NCBI GenBank assembly: GCA_002256025.1
Contig: NKIB01013929.1
Location: 1 to 49,802 of the forward strand
Length of the DNA: 49,802 nt
DNA from: Asterionella formosa
Taxonomy: Eukaryota
Direction: 5' to 3'
Part shown: positions 1 to 12,153 of the stretch, piece by piece
How positions within the stretch are numbered: the stretch's first letter is position 1
Layout of the letters: each line of letters begins with the position of its first letter
Made by a program: the position numbers and the translations under genes
Notes under the pieces: model-generated
Database searches by the model: none
What the model was told of the DNA's origin: nothing
What the model saw: only the letters and a program-made list of their open reading frames with translations

Positions 1-128
1 ATTCAGATAATATATAGACATGTTCAACTACGTATTTTGATGTATTCAACTAATTCATGTGATGCATTCAAAATCAACTAGGCTTATTTACGTGATGGTC
101 ACTTCACGTAATACGCGGCTTAGATGTA
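1..128 (+). mobile_element. Right end of a non-autonomous TIR element (CATCTAAGCC family), followed by TA
   Basis: Matches 39641-39768 at 120/128 nt by hand count. Ends in GGCTTAGATG|TA, the reverse complement of the left end TA|CATCTAAGCC at 37334. Confidence 0.85.
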
Positions 129-130
129 GT

Positions 131-262
131 ATCTCCTTGCTTTCTGAATCTGTTTGGTAATTTAGTACCTTAAACTAAGTTTGTTCCTTATCTCCTTGCT
201 TTCTGAATCTGTGTGGTAATTTAGCGCCTTAAACTAACCCTTCTCTCCTTGCTTTCTGAATT
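131..262 (+). repeat. Tandem repeat with a ~55-59-bp unit, about 2.3 copies
   Basis: TCTCCTTGCTTTCTGAAT recurs at about 132, 191 and 244. The first two copies continue with near-identical CTGT.TGGTAATTTAG..CCTTAAACTAA. Confidence 0.85.
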
Positions 263-954
263 GTTCTATTGTAGTCAGTAATCAGGAAAGTCAATGAATT
301 ATTTTCTATACTGAGCTAGTGTAAATATCAAAATCATCTGTGTTCTATGATGTTCAAATTTTCGAGTTGGTGATAATTTCTTGATGTTGATGCTCCAGTT
401 GACACCCATTGCTTCATAATAAGGCCATGTGATATGGATATAAACCATCCAGCTGAACCTAGTACTAGCTAGGAGGATGAAATCTGCTTGTATCCTTACA
501 AGTTCAACCATTGCAATTAGGAAGAAAATTCGATAGCTCCTCCTATTAGCACTTACTACTATGCCAACAAGCTAGTAGAAGAAAAATGTCATGACAAGTG
601 AGTGCCCAATGTTCAATTTAAATTAGTGTTCATTTCTTGACGTTGACTTGTCAGTTGACATCATCCTCTATCAGAATATTTGAAGCATAAACAGGTAGAC
701 AAACATCAGTGCCTATCAGTATAAATGACTTAAAATTTGCTGCCTCCTTTCAAAATTCAACGGTTGACACCAACAATTGCTTCTGGCGTCCTTAGTGCCA
801 GGAACAGGAAAGGGTGTACAATAAACTACTTTCCCCCTGGTACTGTTATGACTTACGCTATCCGAATTATCGTGATGCCATGATGTTGACACCTGTATTT
901 TGCAACGGAAACAAAATGTGAGGCATCGCTCAGGAAGGTCAGATATTCATTACA

Positions 955-1390
955 TACCGGTACATACGGCCACCGGTATTGGTACGTATGCTTAAAATAC
1001 CTTCATTGCCTGCGTCGACCTGGTACCAGGTACCAGGTAGTGTCTGGTACCAGGGTACCTGGTAAACCAGGTATCATACCAGTAGCGGTATTTTGGTTGG
1101 CAGCAGTTGTTAGATACCTGTACTGCTGTCAGTAGTAGATTCTAAAGGTTCCTAAGTAGTATTTGGAAGTATTGGTCGGAGTCTCACGTGACTGAGAATC
1201 GTTTGTCGATTGACGACCATCATGTATCAATGTCGTACGGAGTACGTACATGGCGAGGACAGTACCTAGAACTGTACTGGTCGCAGTCTCACGTGACTGC
1301 TGGTACATAGTTAAAATAATACCGGGTAGTGATAAGTGACATGCCGACGTACCAGGTACCAGGGTACTGTGGTACAGTGCTGGACCACCA
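955..1390. repeat. TACCAGG/CCTGGTA palindromic mosaic cluster
   Basis: Examples: CCTGGTACCAGGTACCAGGTAG at about 1019 and GTACCAGGTACCAGGGTAC at about 1349. Confidence 0.8.
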
Positions 1391-1833
1391 TGTAGCCTTC
1401 TGAAAAGTATGATGGGACATCGGTTAACGTAGAAAACGGACCATGAGTGATTCCTTTCAGAAGTGCGTGCAGCGATTTCGTTTTGCACAAATAGTTCACC
1501 CTAGTTGCAAGTTGTTCTAACAATGTGTACTCTCATGCAGTTTGTTCATTTGCATTTCTATTGAATACTGTTCATTTTCTATTTTTGTACCTTTTTGTCG
1601 CTCTTTGATAACCTGTGTCAGTCATTCACTTCCCGGCCAGTGCATCGTATTTCGTTCTATTTCTATTTTGTTTTGGTTGTGCGCGTTCAATTTGCAGTAC
1701 TTTTCCTTTTCGCAACCATTCATGCAATACATATATTCAGTTCTCTATCACTTGGGTGTCTCCTTTCTATAAAAAGGAAATACAACCCATCACGTTCACT
1801 CAACACACCACATAGTTCTCATCGTCTTATTCT

Positions 1834-2793
1834 TTAAGCACGCTGATTGCATTCAATCACAGCCTTTGCGACAGCTTGAGCGAGTGGAACAAGCAAAAAC
1901 AAAGCTGTTGTCACTAGCGAAAGAGTCAAAGCAATCGATTTTTGGCCGCCTCCGAATTTCCAAATCACAGAAGCCACTTTGATAGGGCCTACAGTGGCAG
2001 CCTTGACAACCAAACGGAGAGCTCTGTCAATCTGTCGGTTCTGAAACGAAACAAACGCCGCACGACGTGCACCAATTCTTGAAATAACCGTCGATCCGGC
2101 TTCAATCAGCGTCTCTGTCGTCGTCTTGGTGACGAGGGAATCATCTAGAATGGATGAGACAGAGAATTGAGCATTTATCACGCCATTCTTAGCCTCAGCA
2201 GCTTGCTTAGCAGCTTTTTCCTTCTCCAGTTGCACATTGATCTGCAGATTCTGAAGAAGGCGATCACTGGCAAGCTCGGCCACGCCAAGGACAAATAAAG
2301 CATTCTCTTGTGCATTGATGGCGTCAATGTCAGTGGTGACACCTGCATCCCCCGTAAGCCAGTTCCGAATGCTGAACTGGACTTTGCTTGGTTGTTTTGA
2401 CTCATGAAGCCTATGGTACCTTTTGTCAAGGAAAGCCAAATACTCATCGACCTTGTCCTGATCGCTGCCAGTCATGTGATCATCTTGTGGAAAGAGATGT
2501 TGTCGCCAGTTGTTCTGTTTTGTTCGACTTTGCTCACGACCTCCACTTCTTTGGCCTTCTGATTCCTCCGCACTAGTGTCTCGATGCAAGAAGAGCAGAG
2601 TGTCTGTCGTCTCATGGCGTACACGGTCTGCGGGAAGCCGAATTCGGAGAGCAGAAGTGGTGCAATGGGTGGTACCGCTAGCCGAAAACGCCGCAACCGA
2701 CGGAGTCGCGAGCAGTAATGACACCCACATCAATGCCGGAGTAGCAAGTTGTAGAGAGTTGTTAGAGATGCTATTGCATTGAGATTTCGTCAT
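1834..2793 (-). CDS. Hypothetical protein with a probable bipartite plastid-targeting presequence and a hydrophobic C-terminus
   Basis: 319-aa ATG ORF. The signal-like segment LMWVSLLLATPSVAA|FSA has Phe at +1 (ASAFAP-like) and is followed by a Ser/Thr/Arg-rich transit-like stretch. C-terminal TM-like segment IALTLSLVTTALFLLVPLA. An alternative start lies at 2730. Confidence 0.8.
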   Translation of the reverse strand: MTKSQCNSISNNSLQLATPALMWVSLLLATPSVAAFSASGTTHCTTSALRIRLPADRVRHETTDTLLFLHRDTSAEESEGQRSGGREQSRTKQNNWRQHLFPQDDHMTGSDQDKVDEYLAFLDKRYHRLHESKQPSKVQFSIRNWLTGDAGVTTDIDAINAQENALFVLGVAELASDRLLQNLQINVQLEKEKAAKQAAEAKNGVINAQFSVSSILDDSLVTKTTTETLIEAGSTVISRIGARRAAFVSFQNRQIDRALRLVVKAATVGPIKVASVIWKFGGGQKSIALTLSLVTTALFLLVPLAQAVAKAVIECNQRA

Positions 2794-4100
2794 TGTAAAT
2801 ATTTGTGAAATGGGGAAGTCTTTTACAGGTTGTTACAAACTTTTACCGGCATGAACTTTTGATTTTTATGAAATATTCTGGACCTTCTTGCACAGGACTT
2901 CCAATCGCTACATATGACTTCCAAGTAGACTACTACCAGAACTGGTAGGGATTGTTCGGTTTTGGTATGATTCAACGCCATTTCAACGACGGGAATTAAT
3001 ACAGGCGGGGTCAAACGCGGTTCTATTGGGATTCATAAGAACCGATAGCTGACGTCAACATCACGAGGAGCTGACGGCAACATATCGTAGATTGAGACAA
3101 TCGCCTTCAACGAGATTGTTAGCTCTCTTTGTATCAGAGTTGGATTCTGAACGAGCACCAGCTGTTTTAACCATGTGTATCGCATGCCAAAACCGTTATC
3201 GACACCCCGAGGCCAGCGGGTCGTCAACGGCCAATTGAATGTATTCCTGGCTTTTTCATGAAATTTTGGGTTTTCGACCATCCTTTCACAGGAGTGCGAC
3301 TCCGACTCTTCGTGTTCGCCTACGACTTTTAAGACCTCCCAACAGGGTGACCGACACTATGTATCACAGGGCCTTGGCAATGAAGGTCACCCTATTCGCT
3401 GTATCCTCCATGACGCGCCTAAATGGGGTTCGCGGAAGCTGCAACTCCGATGAACAAACGAGAAGGCGCTATCCAAGAATAGTCTAGTATCGACAGAGTT
3501 TGCGTACGCATGCATGTGGAACAACGAGGACCATGACGAGTCGATCGAACGATGACGATGACCAGTCGATTCTTCTAGGTATTGGACATCTTGTTTAGTG
3601 CTATGCCGCTTTCTCGGGAATCGGTGATCGTTATTCCGTTTCATCTCGAAATGGGAATGCACCCCCCTTTGGAAATAACTAAAGCTGTCGTGACGCAAGC
3701 GAAATGTTTTGGCGCGCCTGGGAAGTGACAGTCTAGATCAACTGTGGATTCGTATCAATCTATTGTCAACTGGACGAAAGAGTCACTTCAGCAGTTCTTG
3801 TATTGTTGAAGAAATCAGAAGTCGGCTGAACTGCGTTGGAATAACTACCATCCGAAGATGCATGGTTGCCGTGCTTATTATACTTAGTGTAACTATGGTT
3901 ACCGCCATTACGAGCCATTTTGGCAAGACACCACTTCTACTAGTGAATGCTCCTGCTACAAATTTTGGATTGCCTCTTTATTCAAAATCCTCTGTAGATG
4001 GGTTTACCTGGACCATCGACTTGAAATTTTGTCCATAGTTTGTTCAATGTACATCTCGAACAACGCTCAACAACCAACAACCAGCCAAGCCATCACGATT

Positions 4101-4790
4101 CTATTGAAACGCCATATTCTTTGATCGAAAGACCGAAAAATTTCCATCTCGTAAGATACACACCGACGCATATATTCCAATAATGGGAAAGAAGAACCAA
4201 AGGGAATTGGAAAAGCCAACAAAGCTAAGCACTTCGACCATGGGTCGTCCCACGTACCTCCGATTGAAGCAATAGGAAAAGAGGTAAATGATTGTTCCAT
4301 ACAGAACTTGCCAATACGATGCAATTCCAACACATCCCACTAGGACAGGCGACACTCGTTCTGGGTAGGCCATGGCATAATTCCACAGCAGGCAAGGAGG
4401 AATCGTTGACATGCCGTTGCCAAAGTCAATGAAGAATCCAAAGGACTCGTGATTTTGGTAGGATGGATCATAGAGAGAATATGTAGACCACATTTTACTC
4501 CATTTTGCACTGTCAAAGACATTAGGCAATGGCAGGAATAGAAAAGCCAATGCACCGTCCTTTTCGCGTCCCTTGTACTGTTCCTTTAGTTTCTTGAAGT
4601 CCTTTTTGATCAGCATAATGCGGAAGCCAAGAATGAGTTCACATATAGCAATCAATATATTGAGGTTGTTGAAAAAGAGCATAGATACTGCGATAGAGCA
4701 TGCTCGGTCAATGGGAAGGGCCAATAGACATCCTCCAGTCGTGACAGCCAACCAAAGGCAGATGGCTGTTAAAATGTTCAGTTGGGGCAT
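4101..4790 (-). CDS. Multi-pass membrane protein, emopamil-binding protein/EXPERA-like (sterol isomerase-like) family
   Basis: The ORF is open from 5000; the likely start is ATG 4790 (MPQLNIL..., 229 aa). It has about 5 hydrophobic segments. Motifs NILIAICE and WSTYSLYDPSY..ESFGFFIDFGNG recall the EBP W..Y...D.RY motif. Confidence 0.6.
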   Translation of the reverse strand: MPQLNILTAICLWLAVTTGGCLLALPIDRACSIAVSMLFFNNLNILIAICELILGFRIMLIKKDFKKLKEQYKGREKDGALAFLFLPLPNVFDSAKWSKMWSTYSLYDPSYQNHESFGFFIDFGNGMSTIPPCLLWNYAMAYPERVSPVLVGCVGIASYWQVLYGTIIYLFSYCFNRRYVGRPMVEVLSFVGFSNSLWFFFPIIGIYASVCILRDGNFSVFRSKNMAFQ

Positions 4791-5004
4791 TTTGGATGTA
4801 TTTGAAAACGATGATTTGAACTGTAATAATTCCAACATTGACCGACGAACAAGTCTGGTAGAATCGGATACCAAGTAGAAAGCAATGCTTAAGATTTTGA
4901 GATTGATCTCGAATTTTTTGTCGTCTGGTTGTTGTTTGCCTCCAGTGTGAAAACTTGACCAACGGGATCGTGCTGATGCATCACTTTTCGATGCATGCAT
5001 ATGC

Positions 5005-5135
5005 CGGTATCATGCTACCGGTATCTTTGATAAATGACCCGGTACCAGGTAAGTACAGGTAATAATCTACAGGTACGAACACCAGGTACCAGGTACCTGG
5101 TACACTGAGTACCTGGTACCAGGTACCGGTAGTAC
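5005..5135. repeat. TACCAGG/CCTGGTA palindromic mosaic cluster
   Basis: Two perfect 18-bp palindromes: GTACCAGGTACCTGGTAC (5086-5103) and GTACCTGGTACCAGGTAC (5109-5126). Confidence 0.9.
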
Positions 5136-5199
5136 ATAAAGGCAATGAATGGCACCGCTTTGAACCCAGATACCCATTTGGACCACAGCCAATGATTTA

Positions 5200-5600
5200 G
5201 AGATTGGATGGTTGTTCCAAGGAAAGTCATCAACCATCCATTGATTTGGGATGCTCATGGTATTGTTGAACAAGCATTTTGTGTTGGTTACACTCGCAGT
5301 CTTAGTGCTGACATTGCCAATGTGTATAATCTGATTGCCCCTGGCAGTCCATCAGACAAGTTGTTAAGTAGATTTTTCAGGTTGGTGATTGGCACACACA
5401 ATATTGATGTTGGAGGCACATCTTTGGGAATCATCATGTTTAGCTATGTATAAACAAACAGCAATTGGTAGAACCAGTGGGAATGTTGGAAGTCTTACTA
5501 TTTGGAGAGTCCCCATTTGCCCCCTGCTGATTACAAATATGTTAACATTCCAGTTTGGAATGATTTCTACCCACAATCAGGCACTTAATCACCTCACAGA
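5200..5600 (-). mobile_element. Decayed Ty1/Copia (CoDi-like) reverse transcriptase fragment
   Basis: The minus strand reads INIVCANHQPEKST*QLV*WTA..GNQIIHIGNVSTKTASVTNTKCLFNNTMSIPN. This resembles the diatom Copia RT pattern IVC..RP.K..P.RVR.T.GGN.I.Y.G.VST.TA...T.K.LFN...S.P. It carries stops and frameshifts. Confidence 0.7.
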
Positions 5601-5625
5601 AAAAAATCATGATGGTCAGCCAGCC

Positions 5626-6050
5626 ATTACTACAATGCATCCTAAAATCAGCTCATCTCTATGCTATCATGTGAATTATTTCATCGTACATCTATCTTAA
5701 ACATGATCTATAATTCTAATCACGAGCATTGTTCAAAATAGATTGGAATGGATCGTAATTTAACTATCAAATTTAGCAATGCTATCTATTATTCTATATG
5801 CCAGCGACCCAACATTTCTCTCTCTACTCGGGTCAATGTATATTGTTCCTGTCTCGCCCTTTTCTTCCTCTTGTCTGAATCTTGTGCCAAGCAGTGCCTT
5901 ACTAATGTTGCGTCTCTCTCCCTGCTGTTAGTGTCATTCTGAACTCGCCGACTATTCCGTTGTTTGATCGGTTTTATTGTCCTATGCAGTTACAGTAACA
6001 AGCAATCATGAGAACGAATGACTTGTTAGCAAGACATGTTACACTGACAC
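5626..6050 (+). repeat. Dispersed ~420-bp repeat, copy 1
   Basis: Reverse-complement match to 40697-41114. The spurious ORFs MDRNLTIKFSN (5748,+) and MDRNLINKFNN (40993,-) reflect it. Confidence 0.9.
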
Positions 6051-6953
6051 AACATCACGCCATTCCATCGTATCCTCTTGCTTGCTTCACTTACCACAGC
6101 CAAATCAAAGCAAGTGATGCATAAGTCTGTAATAGTAAATTGTCAGTAAATTCTTGAATAATTAAGTTTCAGGTTTCCAAAATAAAACTTATATATTCAT
6201 TTTCGTTAGCTAAACTTTGAGAGAAGGTAACGTGGCATGTCCTTCAGTTATGTTCCATCAGAAGTGAATAGGACCGCCCAACAACAAGAGCACTTACCAA
6301 TTTTGTTTTGTTTCACATCGGTGCTCCCCAACAATCGAAACGAGCTATTGAATCAACTGAGAAAAAAGGAAATGTGCATTTAGTTTACAATTTGTTGTTG
6401 TCCTGCCTCCCAATGATTGTCATCCAAGAACCACATTGATGGCTTCATTACCTTAAACATACTCCATCCTTCGAAGGCGCAATGTGTCGAAGCCACAATG
6501 TTTTTCGTTATTGCGTAAGCTTTCCTTGTCATATGCTTAACAATGAGTGAACTTGTAGCCTCATCCGCAGACTCAATAATGTCTCGTTTTTCTTGGTCAT
6601 ATCTTCAAAACTGAGCAATGACGACCAGAAACAAATACGGAATGTGCAAAGTATATGCAAGGTCTGTTGCATGTATGATGTGTTCCATGTCGAAAATGTA
6701 AGTACATCTGATACATTATGCATCCGATTTCTTGACAAAAATGTACAGTAGTACAAATTTATTTTTATTTTTATTTTTCGATTTTCAATATGCTAAGTAG
6801 TAAAAAGAGTCATCGAAAATTTAGTTAGGATAAGTTTCTATCATTGATAGAAATTATTATTGACTTGCTACAAATTTAGTCAAAAAAAAGTAATCCCAAG
6901 TTCCCCCGACTAACTCATTATGCATTTTTCGGACACTTTTATGCAAAAGTGTA

Positions 6954-7150
6954 ATGGCCCCCTCCTCTGCCACCACATATATGTTGGCCATTATCATGGC
7001 AATTCAATTTTTCGTCCGAACTGGATATGGAGTCTCCTCATCCTACTACAACACCACTGCCCAACTCCTTATTTTGGGAGTGCTCCAGGGTAGTGGGGAT
7101 GCCCCATGTATCGGGCTTGCTTTGTGTCAAAAATATTCTGTTCTTACAAT
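6954..7150 (+). mobile_element. Non-LTR retrotransposon (LINE, possibly Ambal-like) RT fragment
   Basis: FFVRTGYGVSSSYY...ILGVLQGSGDAPCIG resembles the LINE RT motif-B region (V.TG.G.S...Y...G.GQGSG.SP..W). No YADD-type motif follows, so it is truncated. Confidence 0.6.
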
Positions 7151-9683
7151 CTCTAAAAAAAAACTCTCAGAAGGATTCACTGCAGTTTGTCCAGAACACT
7201 TCTATCCTCCTCCCGTCTGGGCAAAGCCTTCGTCGATGACACCGATCTATGGCTCACCAGCAATTCTCTTTCCGGGCCAGATCTGGTTGCTTCAATGCAA
7301 CAAACGCAAACGGCGGCTCTTTAGCTTTACAGAAACGTGTCTACTGTTTGGTTACCTGGGAATGGGACCATCATGGACATCCCACAATCCAATCCAACTC
7401 AGCATCTCCGGATCTATCTCTCCCAATGTCTGCAAATAAAAACCATCATATTCCTATGATGCATCATAGGATTATGACCATCTGATCATAATTTTTCGTT
7501 GTATCATCTAATTATTTTGAGAAATGACCTCGTAATTTAAATAATAACCCTTTTGATTATGTAAATTATATTATTATTTGTATTTTTTCCATTAGCTAGG
7601 TTCCTTTAATTAAATTTCTTGGTAGGATAATGTACCAGCTAAAGTAATGTGGTTTGGCTCATCATCCTTTCCAGTCCTCACTCTGATTCTTGCAACAACG
7701 ACAAAGCAGCCATGTCGAGAGGAACAAGTGTTTGTGACAAAATCTTCATTTTTGTTCAAGTCATCAAATGTCTTGTTTGATAAATCGTCATCTACAGTCC
7801 AAAAATGGAGTCTCAACCATGCCGCCTGCAATTCTTCAGAAATCAAGAAGATTGTACCATGGAACAATTCTTGTCCTTTACCTGAATATTTTGAGTTGAT
7901 TTTAGAGAATGAATACTGGATCAAGATCAAGATTGATCAGATTGCCGCACTTTGTGTTGCTTGCAGGCCAAATCACGATTCGCCTAGCATTCTTCCCAAT
8001 TTTTTCGGCGCACCTTGCTTGAGCATACAGAAGTAAGTTATCTTGTGCTAGCCGCAACAATTGCTACAGAAGAGCAAGCAGCAGAATATCATTAATAAGT
8101 ATTGAAATTGATACTAGAATTTGTCATCGTCTCATTTGCAAATTTTAAAGATATAACCAAAGTATCAACACCATTTAATCTGTATTAGCTAACTTGATAA
8201 CTTATACTGAGTGATTATTTCTGTCTACAGTACAAAATAGTAGAGAAGACTTGAGAAAATAAAATCTTGAGTACGGTGCAACAGCTCAAAATGCAAGATA
8301 TTATTTAAGCTTTTTTTCGTACTTACTTTCAAAAATTGTAGTTCATGTCATGGTTCATTCCTATTCCAACGGAATCTTGCCTTGATAAGTAAGAAGGTCA
8401 TTTCGAAGTTACATAAATACATACATATATACATGCAATAATACCATGATTTTTCTTTAGGCGGCTAAAAAATTTGCGTCATGTGAATATTCACAAATTC
8501 CCTAACTTTAATATTTGTGCACTTCCTGACGCTTTTGTTTATTGTTCTTGTTCCAGGTTCTTAAGTTGATAATGGAGTTGCTTGGTCCCAACCAGCATGA
8601 AAGACTTTCAATTTTTTTCTTCAACTTGTGGGGGAATGGGTAGATTAATGTGTTGACGTTTCCAAATATTTTCTTGTTATTGTGGATTTTCTTCTTGCTA
8701 CTGTTAGTGTTGTCATTGCATAAATTTCTCGCTTTAGGTCCCTTCTTGGTGGTGGATGGAATGTTCGAAAAAGTGATAAGAGCAGGAAACTGGTTGATTG
8801 GTGAAGTGTCTAAATTCTTGGTTTGTCTTCTAATGATGAAATATTGGACAAGCTCTGTGATGAATCTCTAGACTCTTCATTGAATTCGACAGCATCACAC
8901 AACAATACTTCTGAAGGAGTGGTGATACAAGGGAGTTCCAAATAAGATTGAGCAATGCCAGATAGCATATCATTGTTAATGATGCTTGAATGTCTACAAC
9001 ATGAGCTGCTAGAATTTGTGCACTGTATCTTGTTCATCATCCTGATTCACCTTGAATGATTTGTTTGCCTCCTCTAGAATGTTGATTTTGTTCCCTGAAC
9101 AAGAAAGCAATCAAATTCTTGGCAAGTGTGAATATAATGCTCAATGGAGAAGCATCGAGGGACAGTAGAGCAATAGTAGCATTAGATAGAAGCAATTAGA
9201 AGAGTTCTGCTATTTATTTCAATGAATTTTGCTATGAATAAAAGACGTTCTTTATTTAAATAAGATTAAATGAGACTCTGTCTGGTGACACATTTTTCGT
9301 TTGAGGAAATGACCGCAACTTGCTGTGACCACCTGGTACCCAACCTATCTAGAATTGATGTGAATTATGCATATCAAATAAACATGGAATACAAAATTAT
9401 AACCGGTAGGTACCTGGTTTGCTTTTTCCGACAAAGAAATCATGCATGGAGGATTGACAGAAGCCATGTCAAGGAGTTGCCCCCACGAGGAATCAATTAC
9501 TCGTTGCTGCCTTGACCCTGCCTCTCCTTCGTTATTCTTCCATCTACTGTCATATTTTTTGATACATTTTCAATGTAATGAGTAGCATTGAACAAAGACA
9601 GTACAGTATTGGTAAACGAGCTGACCAAATCTCGGGATAAGGTACCGTTACTTCCATCACGTCTGTGAAGCGACATTTCTCCA

Positions 9684-10142
9684 ATGTCGACCATAATGTC
9701 AAATTCAAGCCAACAAGATAAAGCATTGCCATTTTGTTTACTACTAGTATTCACGATTGCAGTCACTACAATGGTACATACATTCACGTCTGTATTTCGA
9801 ACAAACAGAAGATTGCAAATCTCATTGGCTGCAACGACAGGCAAGAAAGGTGGGCAAGCGGGGGATTCAATTAAAATAAACGACATAAATGAACAGACGA
9901 CTGAACACTCAAACGAGGTGATTGAAAAATACAATGAAAGAAGCAGAAATACCAAAGAAGGCATTGTGGAGAGTGATGGCAGAGTAGATGTTTCGGATAC
10001 TTCGTACAATGTGAGCAACGACAACTGGAGATGCGCGTGCGAGGGAGGGTTTCTACCTCCTGGATTGCTCAAAACGTTTGGAAACATGGAGAGTGTCTAT
10101 AAAATGGGAATTGGCAATTGCTATCACAAGAACAATATTTAG
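9684..10142 (+). CDS. Small hypothetical protein with an N-terminal TM/anchor and a Cys-containing C-terminal motif
   Basis: 152-aa ATG ORF. Hydrophobic LPFCLLLVFTIAVTTMV, a low-complexity acidic linker, then WRCACEGGFLPPGLLKTFG...MGIGNCYH. Confidence 0.65.
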   Translation: MSTIMSNSSQQDKALPFCLLLVFTIAVTTMVHTFTSVFRTNRRLQISLAATTGKKGGQAGDSIKINDINEQTTEHSNEVIEKYNERSRNTKEGIVESDGRVDVSDTSYNVSNDNWRCACEGGFLPPGLLKTFGNMESVYKMGIGNCYHKNNI

Positions 10143-10565
10143 GCCTGCGTTTTGGAATCCAGAGTCATTCATTTCAAAATACCAAATGTTTTTCAGGAGG
10201 TGGGCTAAGTCTGCCAATATCAATAAGCCGGTGACGATTTTTGCTTCCATTGGAACTCACTACAGAAAAAAAACTACTTCCACCACATTGGTTGGAACAT
10301 GTTTTAAGGAAAGCTAGGCATCCAACAGGTTGGTTTAAATGTTTGGTAGAAACTCTTGTGTAACTTCTAATGCATGTTCAGTGCCAGCCCGAAATTGAAC
10401 TTGAAACCACAAGTCAAATTGTTTCACTCCTGCCAAGCCATCCATTGCGACATTCTTGTGCGCTACTCTAGACTGTCCTGAAAATAAATCACAACCACCA
10501 CGAAACCCTAGGGCAATAATGCAGCTGCAGTGTTGTAAACAAAATTATACCATTCGTGAAAGATT

Positions 10566-11772
10566 TTAAAGGGATTTCATACCAACCAAGGCCCGGAGCT
10601 GTTCGAAGATGACCAACTGAAGTGTAGTGGTAGGGGCGAACCGAGACCAGATTGGCATGAAACCACGCCAGAAGGTAAGTGGTCCTTCTTTGGTGGCAAT
10701 CTTAATCATACAGTCGACTGCGTTGTTGTAGATTCTTGCATCATTAGGCTGGTTCATCAATCGTGTGCGGATCATGTCGAAAGGGGACACAGTGCATGTC
10801 ATGAAGAAACCAGCCGTTGTGGCAGCGAAGAATGTGGTGAGAAGTGACGATCGCTCCCAGCCAGTGCTGTCCACAACTAAACCCTTTGCCTGATCATAGA
10901 CACCCATCTTGGTCCCGTTGAGCACCATGGCACGGGCAATGTTTGAGTCGATACCGCGGTAGAAGCCAGCCAAACCTTGATTAGCGAATAGCTCTTTGGC
11001 TGTCGCTGTGAGAGAGGCGCCGGCCCCTTGAGCAGCCATCATCTTTGTCTTCAACACATCGAAAGGGTTTCCAGCGACGGAACCGAGGGCACCAGCGGCA
11101 GATCCGGCTAGAAATTTCTTGACAAACGTGGTGGTCTCCGGTGTGGTACAACCAAAGGCAATCTTGCAAGGCTCATACAAACCAAGACGAAGGGACGTGT
11201 AAGAAGCCTCGCGTAGCCATGCGGCGTTGACTCCCTTCCAGAGCGCCCCAACTCCTTCACCTGCGATAATCTTCCTTGTGGATCCAACCATTCCAATGCT
11301 GCTGTACTCAGTAGAAATCTGGATGCGAGTCTGTAATATCCAAGTGGGAAAGGAAGATTCGTGGTGAGAAACACAATATAACATATGATGGATTTGCTCT
11401 CTCAACTCTTCCTCTTGATATTCATGAACCACAAGCACACTACAGCCGAGTCGATGAAGCTTATCGACGCAACCTTGCTGCAGTGAATGGCCAATGACGG
11501 CATTCTAGCACTTCCTCCGGAAGGATGATGTAAAATGCGAAGATTCCATAAAAAGCGGTGTCGCGCCACTTGTGTAACGCAGCCAATGTGGAATGTAGAA
11601 TCATGCAAGTGCCTCACGCGAAGCAACGACTCACCTTGATGACATCGATTGGGTGAATGAAAGTAACGGTGATAACAGCAGCTGACCCTGCCATTCCAAT
11701 GGACTGGAGCAGTCCACCACCTCCACCTGCACATGCGAGGACAGCCGGGGTATGTTGTTGATAAAGGCTCAT
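10566..11772 (-). CDS. Mitochondrial carrier (SLC25), 2-oxoglutarate/malate, dicarboxylate or UCP-like; 2 exons (11772-11635, 11330-10566), 300 aa
   Basis: Splicing AAG|GTGAGT (11634) to TACAG|ACT (11331) restores PIDVIKTRIQ. Two more signatures follow: PFDVLKTKMM and PFDMIRTRLM. REASYTSLRLGLY, RAMVLN and RFAP contact motifs are typical of the OGC/DIC/UCP group. Confidence 0.92.
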
Positions 11773-12153
11773 GACTGTGTGTGACTACCGGTGAGATCGG
11801 GGGAGTAAAATACAAAAACAGCGAATGTGAGTGAGAACGGCGAAAGGAACGGATAACAACAAGCTATGCCTTGGTTCAGGAACCAGCGAGTGATGATGTC
11901 ATTCGTGATGTCATCAATGTGGTCAACCAATCAATAAGTACGAATGCTTTTTTTTCGAACACCCTCTAGTAACATTAGATTCTACGAGTATGTAGATCAT
12001 ATCAAATAACCATGAACCTTCCAAGAGAGGATGCGGACACGTCAGTGCCTAACGATCGACGTACCTGTGGATTGGTTCGCTCTTAGACTGGCTGCCGCCC
12101 CCTCGAAAAAATTTAACGTGTGGTCGGGAACGAATCGTTGCCTACCCTCAAAT

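Noticed and set aside
4791..5000. N-terminal extension of the EBP-like ORF (and 35157-35312, 36576-36650 for the plastid genes)
   Set aside because: Downstream ATGs directly precede the hydrophobic or signal segments, so the extensions are probably 5' UTR. Not provable without transcripts.
5748..5942. Paralogous small ORFs MDRNL... (also 40808-40993)
   Set aside because: They lie within a dispersed repeat, and their frames diverge by indels, so the similarity is at the DNA level only.
9497..10087. 196-aa minus-strand ORF
   Set aside because: It is antisense to the more protein-like 9684-10142 ORF and has a non-ATG start.
10503..10513. Telomere-like AACCCTA
   Set aside because: Isolated single units (also near 19125 and 31133) are expected by chance.
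10566..11438. ORF-track N-terminus MLVVHEYQ... of the carrier
   Set aside because: It is intron read-through; the spliced model restores the first carrier signature.
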